A stretch of DNA of 47,112 nucleotides from Gemmatimonadales bacterium (GTDB taxonomy: Bacteria > Gemmatimonadota > Gemmatimonadetes > Gemmatimonadales > GWC2-71-9). Positions 26,985 to 35,987 of this stretch are shown in pieces. The stretch is taken from contig JBFGJG010000032.1 in NCBI GenBank assembly GCA_041577295.1, positions 1 to 47,112 on the forward strand. Reading direction: 5' to 3'. Numbering within the stretch: position 1 is the first letter of the stretch; each line of letters starts with the position of its first letter. Below the pieces are notes generated by a model, which saw only the letters and a program-made list of their open reading frames with translations, did not search any database and was not told the DNA's origin. A program made the translations under genes and the position numbers.

Positions 26985-28394
26985 ATGACGACCCCGCAGG
27001 TCATGACCCCACTTCGAGGGCAGACCCCTATCCATCCTGACGCGATTCACCATCTCGAACACATGCTTCGTGGCGACCTCATCCGGCCAGGTGACGCTCG
27101 CTACGACGGGGCACGCAGGGTGTACAACGCCGCTCATGACCGACGTCCGGCATTGATCGTCCGGGCCGCGGGAGTGGCTGACGTGCGCGCCACAGTCCGG
27201 ACCGCGCGCGAGCACGATACGCTGCTCGCCGTCCGAGGTGGCGGCCATAGTGTCCCCGGTTTCGGGACGTGCGACGGAGGGATCGTGCTCGACCTCAACC
27301 GGATGAGGGGCGTCCGGATCGATCGTGAACGCCGGACCGTTCGCGCGGAGGGCGGGTGTACGTGGGGCGATGTCGACCACGCCACGCATGCGTTTGGCTG
27401 CGCGACACCGGGCGGAATCGTCTCGACCACGGGTATCGCGGGGCTGACGTTGGGGGGCGGCATGGGGCACCTTGTCAGAAGCTGCGGCCTCTCGTGCGAC
27501 AACTTGGTGAGCGCCGACGTCGTCACGGTGGATGGCCGCTTTCTCACCTGTAGCGAGGACCAACACCCAGATTTATTCTGGGCCATTCGTGGCGGCGGAG
27601 GCAACTTTGGGGTGGTCACTTCGTTCGAGTATCGGCTGCACTCAGTCGCCGAGATCCTCGGGGGTCCGACGTTCTATCCGCTCGACGGCGAACCCTTCCG
27701 CGGATACCTCGACTTGATCGCAGAGGCGCCGGAGCAGCTGAATGCCATCTTCGGCATTACGCTCGGACCATCACTCCCATTCCTGCCAGAGCAATGGCAC
27801 GGGAAACCAGTGACCGTCGTCTTGACGTGCTGGAGTGGCCCGCCCGCTGAAGACGACGGAGTGCGATCGCGCCTTTCCAGGGTGGGCAAGGTGATTGGCC
27901 AATACGTGGGCCGCATGCCATACCCCGCGATCAACACTTTGTTTGACGAGCTGTTGCCGCCGGGGCTCTACCATTATTGGAAAGGTTGTTTTGCGGAGGA
28001 GATTACCGAAGGGGCAATCGACGTGCACCTCGAGTACGGTGCCACCATACCGTGCGTACAGACAGCAACGCTCATATTCCCAATCAACGGCGCGTGCCAT
28101 CGGGTGGCATCGCACGAAACGGCCTTCGCCTATCGGAACGTCAATTTTGCCACCGGGCTCGGGCCGAGCTGGCCGAATCCTGAGCAAAGCGCGGCGAACA
28201 TCGCGTGGGGTCGCGCCTATCACGAGGCACTGAGAGCACACTCGCTCGAGGGCGGTTACGTGAACTTCATGTCCGGAGACGATCAGGAGAAGGTCCGGGC
28301 CAACTACGCCGGCAACTTCGAGCGGCTTCGCAAAATCAAGATGGAATACGATCCAACCAATCTGTTGCGGCTGAATCAGAACATTGGCGTGTGA
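26985..28394 (+). CDS. FAD-binding oxidoreductase with BBE domain
   Basis: VRGGGHS, TGIAGLTLGGG, LFWAIRGGGGNFGVVT, YVNF, YDPTNL.R.NQNI. Confidence 0.95.
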   Translation: MTTPQVMTPLRGQTPIHPDAIHHLEHMLRGDLIRPGDARYDGARRVYNAAHDRRPALIVRAAGVADVRATVRTAREHDTLLAVRGGGHSVPGFGTCDGGIVLDLNRMRGVRIDRERRTVRAEGGCTWGDVDHATHAFGCATPGGIVSTTGIAGLTLGGGMGHLVRSCGLSCDNLVSADVVTVDGRFLTCSEDQHPDLFWAIRGGGGNFGVVTSFEYRLHSVAEILGGPTFYPLDGEPFRGYLDLIAEAPEQLNAIFGITLGPSLPFLPEQWHGKPVTVVLTCWSGPPAEDDGVRSRLSRVGKVIGQYVGRMPYPAINTLFDELLPPGLYHYWKGCFAEEITEGAIDVHLEYGATIPCVQTATLIFPINGACHRVASHETAFAYRNVNFATGLGPSWPNPEQSAANIAWGRAYHEALRAHSLEGGYVNFMSGDDQEKVRANYAGNFERLRKIKMEYDPTNLLRLNQNIGV

Positions 28395-28513
28395 CCCCAA
28401 GGGGGCAGCCTGACCCAGTCTGGTTTGCAGAGCTACGTATCCAATGTTACTCGTTTCCAGCAACCGACTCAGCTAGATCGGCAGCCACATCCCGCCGGAA
28501 TTGGAGGAACAGG

Positions 28514-29029
28514 ATGCCAACGCTCGCAACGCCGATTGCCGAAAGCCTCAAGTTCACCGACTTCATCGTGCCGCTCGTGTTGCACGACCTTCCGGACGAT
28601 GTCGCGAGGCGACGAGCTCGTGGCGACGATGGCCCTTCGATCGCATGGATCATCGGGCATCTCTGTCATTACCGCCTCGAGATGATGAAGCTACTCGGCC
28701 ACGACCCCCCGAACCCCTATGCCGACCTCTTTGGAACGAGCGGCGCTTCCGATGGCAGCGGGTATCCAAGCATCGAGGAATTGAAGCGCGGTTGGACCGA
28801 GACTTCTACACAGATTCACCGCGCTCTGGAATCGGCCAGCGACTCAGACCTCCTGCGCTCGCTAGGCGGCCCCGATACGCCCCACGGCGAGAAGAAGGTG
28901 CTGGACACCATGGTTTTCTACATGTGGCACGAGTCCTATCATATGGGTCAGCTGGGCACGCTCAGGGTGCAATTCGGCTTGACGCCCACTGCGACCCTCG
29001 CTGTCGAAGCCGCGAGCGCATCGGCATAG
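28514..29029 (+). CDS. DinB family protein
   Basis: SIAWIIGHL and HESYHMGQL; GGAGG RBS. Confidence 0.9.
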   Translation: MPTLATPIAESLKFTDFIVPLVLHDLPDDVARRRARGDDGPSIAWIIGHLCHYRLEMMKLLGHDPPNPYADLFGTSGASDGSGYPSIEELKRGWTETSTQIHRALESASDSDLLRSLGGPDTPHGEKKVLDTMVFYMWHESYHMGQLGTLRVQFGLTPTATLAVEAASASA

Positions 29030-29058
29030 GCCAGGCCGGTCTGCACCGGCGTGATATT

Positions 29059-29463
29059 GTGACGATCGAACCCACGATCAAAACCGTGACCGCGACGGTG
29101 GTGATCGTCCTGCGGTGGGTGCTCGTGCTGCCACTGGCCGCAGTGGCGGTATTGCTGATCGACGGACTCGTCGTCACCCTTTTGACCCGCGCCGGCGTTG
29201 CAGATCAGACCACCCCCTGGCTGCTCGGAAAGATCACCGGACACCTCGCCATGGGGGTAGCCGCCGTCGTCACCGGCGCGTGGCTGGCTCCGGTCCACAA
29301 AGGCCTAACTGCCTGGGTGCTGCTCGCGCTCATCGTCGTCATCTCGGTGGTGTCCCTGTTCACGAGTGGGTTACGTCTGCCGCTCATTGGACCCTTGGCA
29401 GCCGCGTTCGTTGTCGGAGCGGTTCTTCCGGCACTCGGGTATCGGCCCGGGCAACCGCGGTGA
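29059..29463 (+). CDS. Hypothetical membrane protein
   Basis: Four hydrophobic segments; stop overlaps next start. Confidence 0.65.
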   Translation: MTIEPTIKTVTATVVIVLRWVLVLPLAAVAVLLIDGLVVTLLTRAGVADQTTPWLLGKITGHLAMGVAAVVTGAWLAPVHKGLTAWVLLALIVVISVVSLFTSGLRLPLIGPLAAAFVVGAVLPALGYRPGQPR

Positions 29464-30083
29464 GTCACGCACCGGTTCGCCGAGAGTATGACCGACGGTC
29501 CGCGAGCTATGACCAACGCTGGCGGCACTATGTTGAACCCTCCACGCAGGCAACGCTGCGGTTCCTTCAAGTTGCCGATGACCAGAACGTGCTCGACCTC
29601 GGGTGTGGCACGGGGCCGCTCTTGGCAAAGCTGGTGGAGCGGTACCCGAGTGCCGGTGCTTTCGGTCTCGACCTGTCGTGGAAGATGCTGGAGTTCGCCA
29701 GGAAGCGGTTACAGGGCAAGGCGACGCTCATCCGGGGTGACGTGAGCCACCTTCCGTTTCAACAACAAAGTGTCAGTTGGGTCGTCTCCGCCAGCTCGTT
29801 TCACTTCTGGCGTCAGCCCGGGGAAGTTCTCGCGCAGATCGCCCAGATGCTTGAGCCGGACGGTGGGCTCGTGATCACCGACTGGTGCGACGACTTCCTC
29901 GCGTGCCGACTGTGTGACCGAGTCTTACGGCTCGTGAGCAAGGCACATCATCGCACCTATGGCTCTACCGAGTTCGTCCAGTTCTTGGAAGCAAATGGGT
30001 TTACGGTCGAGCGAATCGAGACGTACAAGATCGACTGGCTATGGGGACTGATGACTGTCCGGGCGAAGCGCAAAAAGCGGTGA
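29460..30083 (+). CDS. Class I SAM-dependent methyltransferase
   Basis: VLDLGCGTG, GLDLSWKML, SSFHFW, LVITDWCDDFLACRLC. Confidence 0.92.
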   Translation: MSHAPVRREYDRRSASYDQRWRHYVEPSTQATLRFLQVADDQNVLDLGCGTGPLLAKLVERYPSAGAFGLDLSWKMLEFARKRLQGKATLIRGDVSHLPFQQQSVSWVVSASSFHFWRQPGEVLAQIAQMLEPDGGLVITDWCDDFLACRLCDRVLRLVSKAHHRTYGSTEFVQFLEANGFTVERIETYKIDWLWGLMTVRAKRKKR

Positions 30084-30170
30084 GCAGTACGTTTTGAGTG
30101 GTTGAACCGGTAGCACTTCTTACCCCCTACTTCCCACTCCTATTCACTCAGCGCGGAGGGCGTGGTTGGA

Positions 30171-31817
30171 TCACACTTCTCCGCTGCGTGCCGCATTGAT
30201 GAGATGTTCCGCTGCACGAAAGGCCAGCGCCTGGATAGTCATCACGGGCTGACCGCGGCCGGACGACACGAGATTGCTCCCGTCACAGATGAAGAGGTTG
30301 GGCACATCGTGTGCCCGGTGGTACCGGTCTACGACCGATGTCTCCGGATCATTCCCCATCCTGCACGTGCCCAGGAGATGCGCCAGACCGCGCGTCTCTC
30401 GTACCGGGCGATTCCACATTTTCAACGGTTCCATCGCTGCCACCACCTCTCGGCAGCGCTCCAGGAAAAACTCCTGAATGGCGAGATCGTCCGGGTGATC
30501 GGTGTACGTGACACACACTCCGGGACGGCCAAACCGATCCGTGGATTCCGGCGCGAGCGTGACGGTGTTGGTCGCCATCGGAAGCGATGTCGTGTGGCCG
30601 CACACATCCACCGTGTAGTTGAAGTACCGACCCAGCATCCGCTTGTACTCGGCACCCCACCTGGGGGCGTCCGGAGGAAGGCCGTTTATCCCAAAGCCAA
30701 TGGGGTTGAACTGAAATCGCGCGTCGATCCCGCCCCCACCGTAATAGCCACGCGACGGGTCGGTATCATAGAAATCCCAGATCACACGGGTAACCTGGAC
30801 GCTCTTGTGCTCGTTGAGTGGCCGGTCGAAAACAGCGTACACATGCACCTGCCCGTTGCCCATGAGATACTGTCCTACGTTGCCGGTGGAGTTCGCCAAC
30901 CCGTGCGGATGACGGCTGGAGTCCGACATGAGCAGCAGGCGCGGTGATTCCACCCCGTTGGCACAGAGGACAACCGCCTTCGTGCGTTGCGCGTGGAGGG
31001 CACCGCTGCGGTCGAAGTACACCACATCCTGTACCCGACCCTCGCGGTTCGTCTCGATCCGCGCGACCGTGCACTCTGTACGAATCTCACAGTGCCCGCT
31101 CTCCAGCGCGCGCGGGATCATTGCCGAGAGGCTGGTGGACTTCGCACCGAACTCGCAGCCAAAGCCCATGCAGAAACCACAATGTTGGCATGGAGCGCGG
31201 CCCTCGTATGCGCGAGAGAGAATCGCCATCGGTGCAGGGAACGGGTGCCATCCCAGCTTTCTCGCGGCGCGCTCCAGCAGCACACCCGATGACTTGACGG
31301 GTAGCGGGGGCATCGGATAACGACGGGAGCGAGGTGGATCGCTCGGACCAGGAGCACCCGACACACCGACCTCCCAGTCGACCTTCGTGTAGTAGGGCTC
31401 GAGATCGCTATAGGTGACGGGCCAATCGACCATCCCGGTGCCTGGAACGGACCCCACCAGGCTGCTCTCGATGAAGTCGGCTTCGCGAAATCGCCAATAG
31501 TTTCCGGTGAAATAGACGGTGGTCCCACCCACCACAGGCAGGTAATGGGCTGCTGGGCGCCATTCGGGTTCCGCATCGACCGTCGCTCGAAAGCATTGCG
31601 GATCTCTCGCGTCTTCGTCAGTCAGACCCGAATCGATCTCGTCGTGACGGAAATCGCCTTCCGTCTTCCACGGGCCCTGCTCCAGTAGCACGATATCGAA
31701 GCCGGCGGACGAGAGCTCCTTGGCCATCACGCCACCCGCCGCACCGGATCCGATGATCACGAAGTCGACCTCGGATCTCAACGCGAACGCTGGCTGCGCG
31801 ACCGATCTTCCGATCAT
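30171..31817 (-). CDS. GMC family oxidoreductase (flavoprotein subunit)
   Basis: IIGSGAAGG, VGGTT, CQHCGFC..FGC Fe-S cluster motif, HLLGTCRMG; ATGA overlap. Confidence 0.95.
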   Translation of the reverse strand: MIGRSVAQPAFALRSEVDFVIIGSGAAGGVMAKELSSAGFDIVLLEQGPWKTEGDFRHDEIDSGLTDEDARDPQCFRATVDAEPEWRPAAHYLPVVGGTTVYFTGNYWRFREADFIESSLVGSVPGTGMVDWPVTYSDLEPYYTKVDWEVGVSGAPGPSDPPRSRRYPMPPLPVKSSGVLLERAARKLGWHPFPAPMAILSRAYEGRAPCQHCGFCMGFGCEFGAKSTSLSAMIPRALESGHCEIRTECTVARIETNREGRVQDVVYFDRSGALHAQRTKAVVLCANGVESPRLLLMSDSSRHPHGLANSTGNVGQYLMGNGQVHVYAVFDRPLNEHKSVQVTRVIWDFYDTDPSRGYYGGGGIDARFQFNPIGFGINGLPPDAPRWGAEYKRMLGRYFNYTVDVCGHTTSLPMATNTVTLAPESTDRFGRPGVCVTYTDHPDDLAIQEFFLERCREVVAAMEPLKMWNRPVRETRGLAHLLGTCRMGNDPETSVVDRYHRAHDVPNLFICDGSNLVSSGRGQPVMTIQALAFRAAEHLINAARSGEV

Positions 31818-32395
31818 CCGTTGTCCTCGTGATAGGCCTGATCGTAGGAGCCGAACGGTGGGGTGAAGACGGGACTCGGATCGAACCCGAGCAATCGCCA
31901 TCCGATCTCGTCTCGGTTGCCACCATACGTTGGTAAGGCGAACATCCCGGTAACCGTCAGGGTGCGCACCACTTCGAAAAACTCTGAATCCTCGATATCG
32001 CGCAGCAGTCCTTGCTGACGTTCCGAGGTGAGATCGGCAAAGGTGGGAATTCCGAAGTATCGCTTCTCGACCTCCGCCTGTAGCTCGCGGAGGCCTGCAC
32101 GAATGGGTGCTAACGAGTCGGATGCGAAGGTGTCGAGCGCTCGGTCAATGAAACGAACAATTCCAGCTTCACGGGCACCCGGTGTCTCATCGCTGGGGAA
32201 GATCTGGCGTGCGATCGCATCGAGGACCCGTGACTCACCTGGTGTAAGGACGGCGAACTTCTCGTGCGCCGCGATCCGCGCATACGCCGCCGCTTCCCGG
32301 ATGCTTCGCAAGTTTGAGGCAACCCAGGCACCTTCCAACAAAAAGCCCGACGCCATCAGAAAATCGCGTCGGGACACCGGCTCTTGATTCGACAT
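31814..32395 (-). CDS. Gluconate 2-dehydrogenase subunit 3 family protein (Tat)
   Basis: SRRDFL; PGAREAG...FID; YGGNRDEIGW.LLGF. Confidence 0.92.
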   Translation of the reverse strand: MSNQEPVSRRDFLMASGFLLEGAWVASNLRSIREAAAYARIAAHEKFAVLTPGESRVLDAIARQIFPSDETPGAREAGIVRFIDRALDTFASDSLAPIRAGLRELQAEVEKRYFGIPTFADLTSERQQGLLRDIEDSEFFEVVRTLTVTGMFALPTYGGNRDEIGWRLLGFDPSPVFTPPFGSYDQAYHEDNG

Positions 32396-32528
32396 AACGA
32401 CTCACCGAGGACTATTTGCAAGATACCGGCGGGGGGGCACCCTGCAAGAGCAACCGAACCCTGTGAGTGGCCCCGTCGCGTGTACGCTTACGGAACTGCG
32501 TCTCTCATATCACAAGAAGGTTGGTGCG

Positions 32529-33026
32529 ATGGCAGTCAAACCGATTCCCCGATGGCTTCCACACCGCCACGCCCTACCTGATCGTCCAGGCAGCAGAACA
32601 AGCGATCGCGTTCTACCGTGCCACCGCTCCGGGACCCGGCATCTGGCAGGATCCTGCACGCGGAACTCCAGATCGGTGATTCGATATCATGCTCACGGAG
32701 GAAATGCCGGACTGGGGAAATCTGAGCCCTACGACGCTGGGCGAAACACCGCCGGCGTCCACCTCTATGTAAGGAATGTCAATACCGCGGCGGAGCGTGC
32801 GGCGTCCGCCGGCGCCGAAGTGGTAATCCGCGTCTACGGCGATCGCAGTGGCCGCATTCGCGATCCCTTCGGACACATGTGGATTCTGGCGACCCACATC
32901 GAAGACGTGTCGTCGGAAGATAAGCAGCGCCGAACGGAAAACGTTTATGAGCGAATAGGGCCCGAAAACCATCACGATCAGCTAAAAACCTGCAACGAAG
33001 AGGGGACCCAAAGTGGGTCGGATTGA
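32529..33026 (+). pseudogene. Degraded VOC/PhnB-like glyoxalase gene
   Basis: MAVKPIP / DGFHTATPYLIV..A..AIAFY / ILHAELQIGDS / HLYV...YGDRSGRIRDPFGHMW spread across frames, with deletions. Confidence 0.8.
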
Positions 33027-33075
33027 ACCAGGTTGGTACGATCGGCCTCGCCCCATGAATCACACCTTGAGGCCA

Positions 33076-33131
33076 TAACCCCCTGTCCTACAACTAGTTG
33101 ACTTGATTGCGGCACCGGCACCGTACCTGCA
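33076..33131 (+). promoter_or_regulatory. Sigma54 -24/-12 promoter with upstream IHF-like site (copy 1)
   Basis: CGGCAC-N5-CTGCA (GG 33117, GC 33129); CAACTAGTTG at 33091-33100. Confidence 0.55.
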
Positions 33132-33256
33132 CATGTCGACCGTCGGACGAGACCTCGCGCATCTCGACTGTAGGGTCCCACTCGCACGCGGCGGGTGCGA
33201 AGGCCACACCGACAACGCAGCAGCGCGGAACTGTAAGGAAGACAGGAGAACCACAC

Positions 33257-33946
33257 ATGAGATTACGTCGAATGCTCGTAGCCCTCAGCGCGTGCCTGGT
33301 GCTGGCCGCATGTGGCGAGATGACGAGCGTGCCAACCGATGAGCTGCTCTTTGGAAAGGGCAAAGCGATCGGGAAGCAGAACAACGACCGCTTTTCAACG
33401 GGGAACGACCACCACGAGCCGGTGCCGTTCTTCCCGCACGTGCTGCGGCAATCGGTCAACGCCCCACCACTCCAGACGTATCACGTCGAGTTCTGGGCAA
33501 AGTATGACGCCGCCACCAACGTGCGGGTGGATTACGAGCCGGACATCTACGGCGACACCACCCACTTCCTTTTTATCCATGTCCCGTCGGAGGCGTTGCT
33601 CTACCGACCCGACGGATCCGTGGTGGCGCCGGGCGACTCGGTCTTGATCGGGGTGACGATCGACCCCGTGCTCTTGCAGGTGAATTTCGAGCCCCACGGG
33701 ATGATTTTCGCTCCGCGGAAACCCATCAAGCTTCGTATCCACTACGAGCTGGCCGATGCCGACTACAATGGCGATGGCAAGGTGGACCGTCGGGATGCCG
33801 ATATCGAGCGACACGACATGGGGTTTGGGTATCAGGCGCGCGAGGGGGATCTCTGGTTCAAGTTCGATCCAGATGATCGGTCGATTCGGAACAAGTGGGT
33901 GCAGCTCAATGTGCGCCACTTCTCGAACTACGCGGTGGCCTGGTAA
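33257..33946 (+). CDS. Lipoprotein with EF-hand-like loop and C-terminal HFSNYAVAW (paralog 1)
   Basis: AGGAG RBS; lipobox LAAC; DYNGDGKVDRRD; clear similarity to 34286-34951. Confidence 0.85.
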   Translation: MRLRRMLVALSACLVLAACGEMTSVPTDELLFGKGKAIGKQNNDRFSTGNDHHEPVPFFPHVLRQSVNAPPLQTYHVEFWAKYDAATNVRVDYEPDIYGDTTHFLFIHVPSEALLYRPDGSVVAPGDSVLIGVTIDPVLLQVNFEPHGMIFAPRKPIKLRIHYELADADYNGDGKVDRRDADIERHDMGFGYQAREGDLWFKFDPDDRSIRNKWVQLNVRHFSNYAVAW

Positions 33947-33973
33947 GACAACACCCCGCAAGCTCACACAATC

Positions 33974-34014
33974 CACGACGGGCGGTGTCGCTGACACCGC
34001 CCGTCGTGTCTTTC
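33974..34014 (+). terminator. Intrinsic terminator-like hairpin
   Basis: 16-bp perfect stem CACGACGGGCGGTGTC-GCT-GACACCGCCCGTCGTG then TCTTTC. Confidence 0.75.
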
Positions 34015-34134
34015 AGGAGATGCGCGTTGCTCCCTCAGCGACGAAAAAGATGGTCCCATGATCCGCCGCGGGGTGGGTCAAAATGAACCACGCCGGTACA
34101 AGTGGCCCACCAACCCGTACGGAGCCCACGGGTG

Positions 34135-34190
34135 CAACCATCTGCTTTGCAACGAGTTACAGGATCGCTGCTGGTGGCACCAACCCTGCA
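34135..34190 (+). promoter_or_regulatory. Sigma54 -24/-12 promoter with upstream IHF-like site (copy 2)
   Basis: TGGCAC-N5-CTGCA (GG 34176, GC 34188); CAACGAGTTA at 34150-34159, same spacing as copy 1. Confidence 0.6.
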
Positions 34191-34285
34191 TTTGCACCGA
34201 GCGACCGATGGGGTAACGGCTACCCCTGTGAAGAAACACGACGGGAGCGCGATTGATGCGTGCCCGTAAGAGATTGGGAAGACAC

Positions 34286-34951
34286 ATGCGAATTCGACGA
34301 GTGTTCACGGCTCTTGGTACCTGCCTCTTGCTGGCGGCATGCGCTGACGTGATGAGTCCGCCAGCGGGCGACTTGAACGCCAAGAAGGAGGCGAAGAGCC
34401 CAACATCTTTCGATGACGCCATCAGCGGCGACTGGTTCATGCCTCACTTTCTGCGCCAGTCCGCTGACGCGCCACCACTTCAGACTTACAACGTTCAGTT
34501 CTGGGCCAAGCGAGGCGAGGGGCAAAAGATACAGGTCGACTACCTACCGACCGCGGATTCCTCCGTATACCACTTCCTCAAGCTGGAGGTCCCGAACGAG
34601 GCACTGTTGTACCGGCCGGATGGAACAGTCGTCGAATATGGCGACTCGGTGCTCATCGAGGTCAACATCGACCCCGAGCTACTACTCGTGCGATTTGCGC
34701 CGCACGGCATGATCTTCTCCGATGCTAAGCCCGTCAAACTGCGGATCTACTACGAGCTGGCCGACCGAGACTTGAACGGCGACGGGAAGGTTACCAAGGA
34801 CGATTTCGAGATCGAGAAGAAACAGCTCGGTATGGGCTATCAGCCGGTGGATGGAGCGTTCTGGCAAATGCTCGGCGGTGAGATCGAGATGAAGAACAAG
34901 TATGTCGAGGTCACGCTCCGCCACTTCTCGAATTACGCAATCGCCTGGTAG
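34286..34951 (+). CDS. Lipoprotein with EF-hand-like loop and C-terminal HFSNYAIAW (paralog 2)
   Basis: Lipobox LAAC; DLNGDGKVTKDD; shares APPLQTY.V.FWAK, EALLYRPDG, PHGMIF with paralog 1. Confidence 0.85.
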   Translation: MRIRRVFTALGTCLLLAACADVMSPPAGDLNAKKEAKSPTSFDDAISGDWFMPHFLRQSADAPPLQTYNVQFWAKRGEGQKIQVDYLPTADSSVYHFLKLEVPNEALLYRPDGTVVEYGDSVLIEVNIDPELLLVRFAPHGMIFSDAKPVKLRIYYELADRDLNGDGKVTKDDFEIEKKQLGMGYQPVDGAFWQMLGGEIEMKNKYVEVTLRHFSNYAIAW

Positions 34952-34988
34952 CGACCCCCGCGCTCCCGATAGATTAAGCGATCCACGA

Positions 34989-35014
34989 AGGGCGGTCTCA
35001 CCAGAGACCGCCCT
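34989..35014 (+). terminator. Terminator-like hairpin
   Basis: AGGGCGGTCTC-ACCA-GAGACCGCCCT; homologous to the 33974 hairpin; weak U-tract. Confidence 0.6.
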
Positions 35015-35109
35015 CGTTGCTTACCCTAAGCCTCGTCTTCGTGGATCGCAGGGACTGTTCGCCTCCCCCTCCTGCTGACAACTTTCACTACCCTAGCCAA
35101 CCGGCAGTC

Positions 35110-35553
35110 ATGCGATACGTCCATACCAACCTCGTCGCCCGCGACTGGCGCGCGCTCGCCCAGTTCTATCAAGACGTATTCGGTTGCGAGGCGGTTCCGC
35201 CAGAGCGCGATCAGCAGGGGGAATGGCTCGACCAGGGCGTCGGGGTGGCCGGACTGCGTCTGCGCGGCGCTCACGTGCGACTTCCCGGTCACGGGACCGA
35301 CGGGCCAACGCTCGAGATCTATACGTACGAGCCTATGCTCGACGGAGTTCGACCAGAACCCAATCGCCCGGGCTTTGGCCATCTCGCGTTCGCAGTTGAC
35401 GACGTGCACGCGACGTGGCAACAGGTATTGGACGCGGGGGGACAGGCACTCGGCGAGATCACCATCAAAGCCGTCCCGGGGGTCGGGACCCTCGAGTTTG
35501 TTTACGTCCGTGATCCTGAGGGCAACATCATCGAACTCCAGAAATGGAGTTAA
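35110..35553 (+). CDS. VOC/glyoxalase family protein
   Basis: YVHTNL, GFGHLAFAVDDV, YVRDPEGNIIELQ. Confidence 0.93.
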   Translation: MRYVHTNLVARDWRALAQFYQDVFGCEAVPPERDQQGEWLDQGVGVAGLRLRGAHVRLPGHGTDGPTLEIYTYEPMLDGVRPEPNRPGFGHLAFAVDDVHATWQQVLDAGGQALGEITIKAVPGVGTLEFVYVRDPEGNIIELQKWS

Positions 35554-35574
35554 ACGAAAACCGGAGGAGCTGTC

Positions 35575-35958
35575 GTGGTTGACGTGATTCTCAAACGCTT
35601 CGAGACGCCGGACGAGACTCGTGAGATGATCAAGGGCAAGTTCGAGATCATCCGGCTCGGAGGAGTGACGATCGGCCGGGCAACGTATGAGCCCGGCTGG
35701 CGCTGGTCCGAGCACGTCGGTCCCGGTGTGGGCGCCACCCGGTGCTCGGTCGAGCACGTAGGGATGGTCTTGCAGGGTACCGCCACCGCGGCCTTCGACG
35801 GCGGCGAGGTGATCGAGCTACGAGCGGGCCAGCTGTTCTACATCCCGCCGACACCGCACGACAGCTGGGTCGTCGGAGATGAACCGTACGTCTCCCTGCA
35901 CTTTCTCGGCGCTGACCAATACAGCCGCCCTACAACAGCAGTGAAGAGTAAAGGGTAA
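35575..35958 (+). CDS. Cupin domain protein
   Basis: EPGWRWSEHV, C.VEHVG, PHDSWVVGDEP; GGAGG RBS. Confidence 0.9.
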   Translation: MVDVILKRFETPDETREMIKGKFEIIRLGGVTIGRATYEPGWRWSEHVGPGVGATRCSVEHVGMVLQGTATAAFDGGEVIELRAGQLFYIPPTPHDSWVVGDEPYVSLHFLGADQYSRPTTAVKSKG

Positions 35959-35987
35959 GGATTCCCTACCCCCTACTCCCCACTCCC

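Noticed and set aside
2445..30083. Other TGA stops as selenocysteine codons (e.g. 2447, 4304, 15838, 19914, 26848, 30083)
   Set aside because: Each protein appears complete at its stop and no in-frame domain continuation follows
1911..35958. Integron attC sites between the cassette-like genes
   Set aside because: No recurring RYYYAAC...GTTRRRY-bounded palindromes found in the intergenic gaps; many genes overlap directly. A covariance-model search could still find degenerate sites
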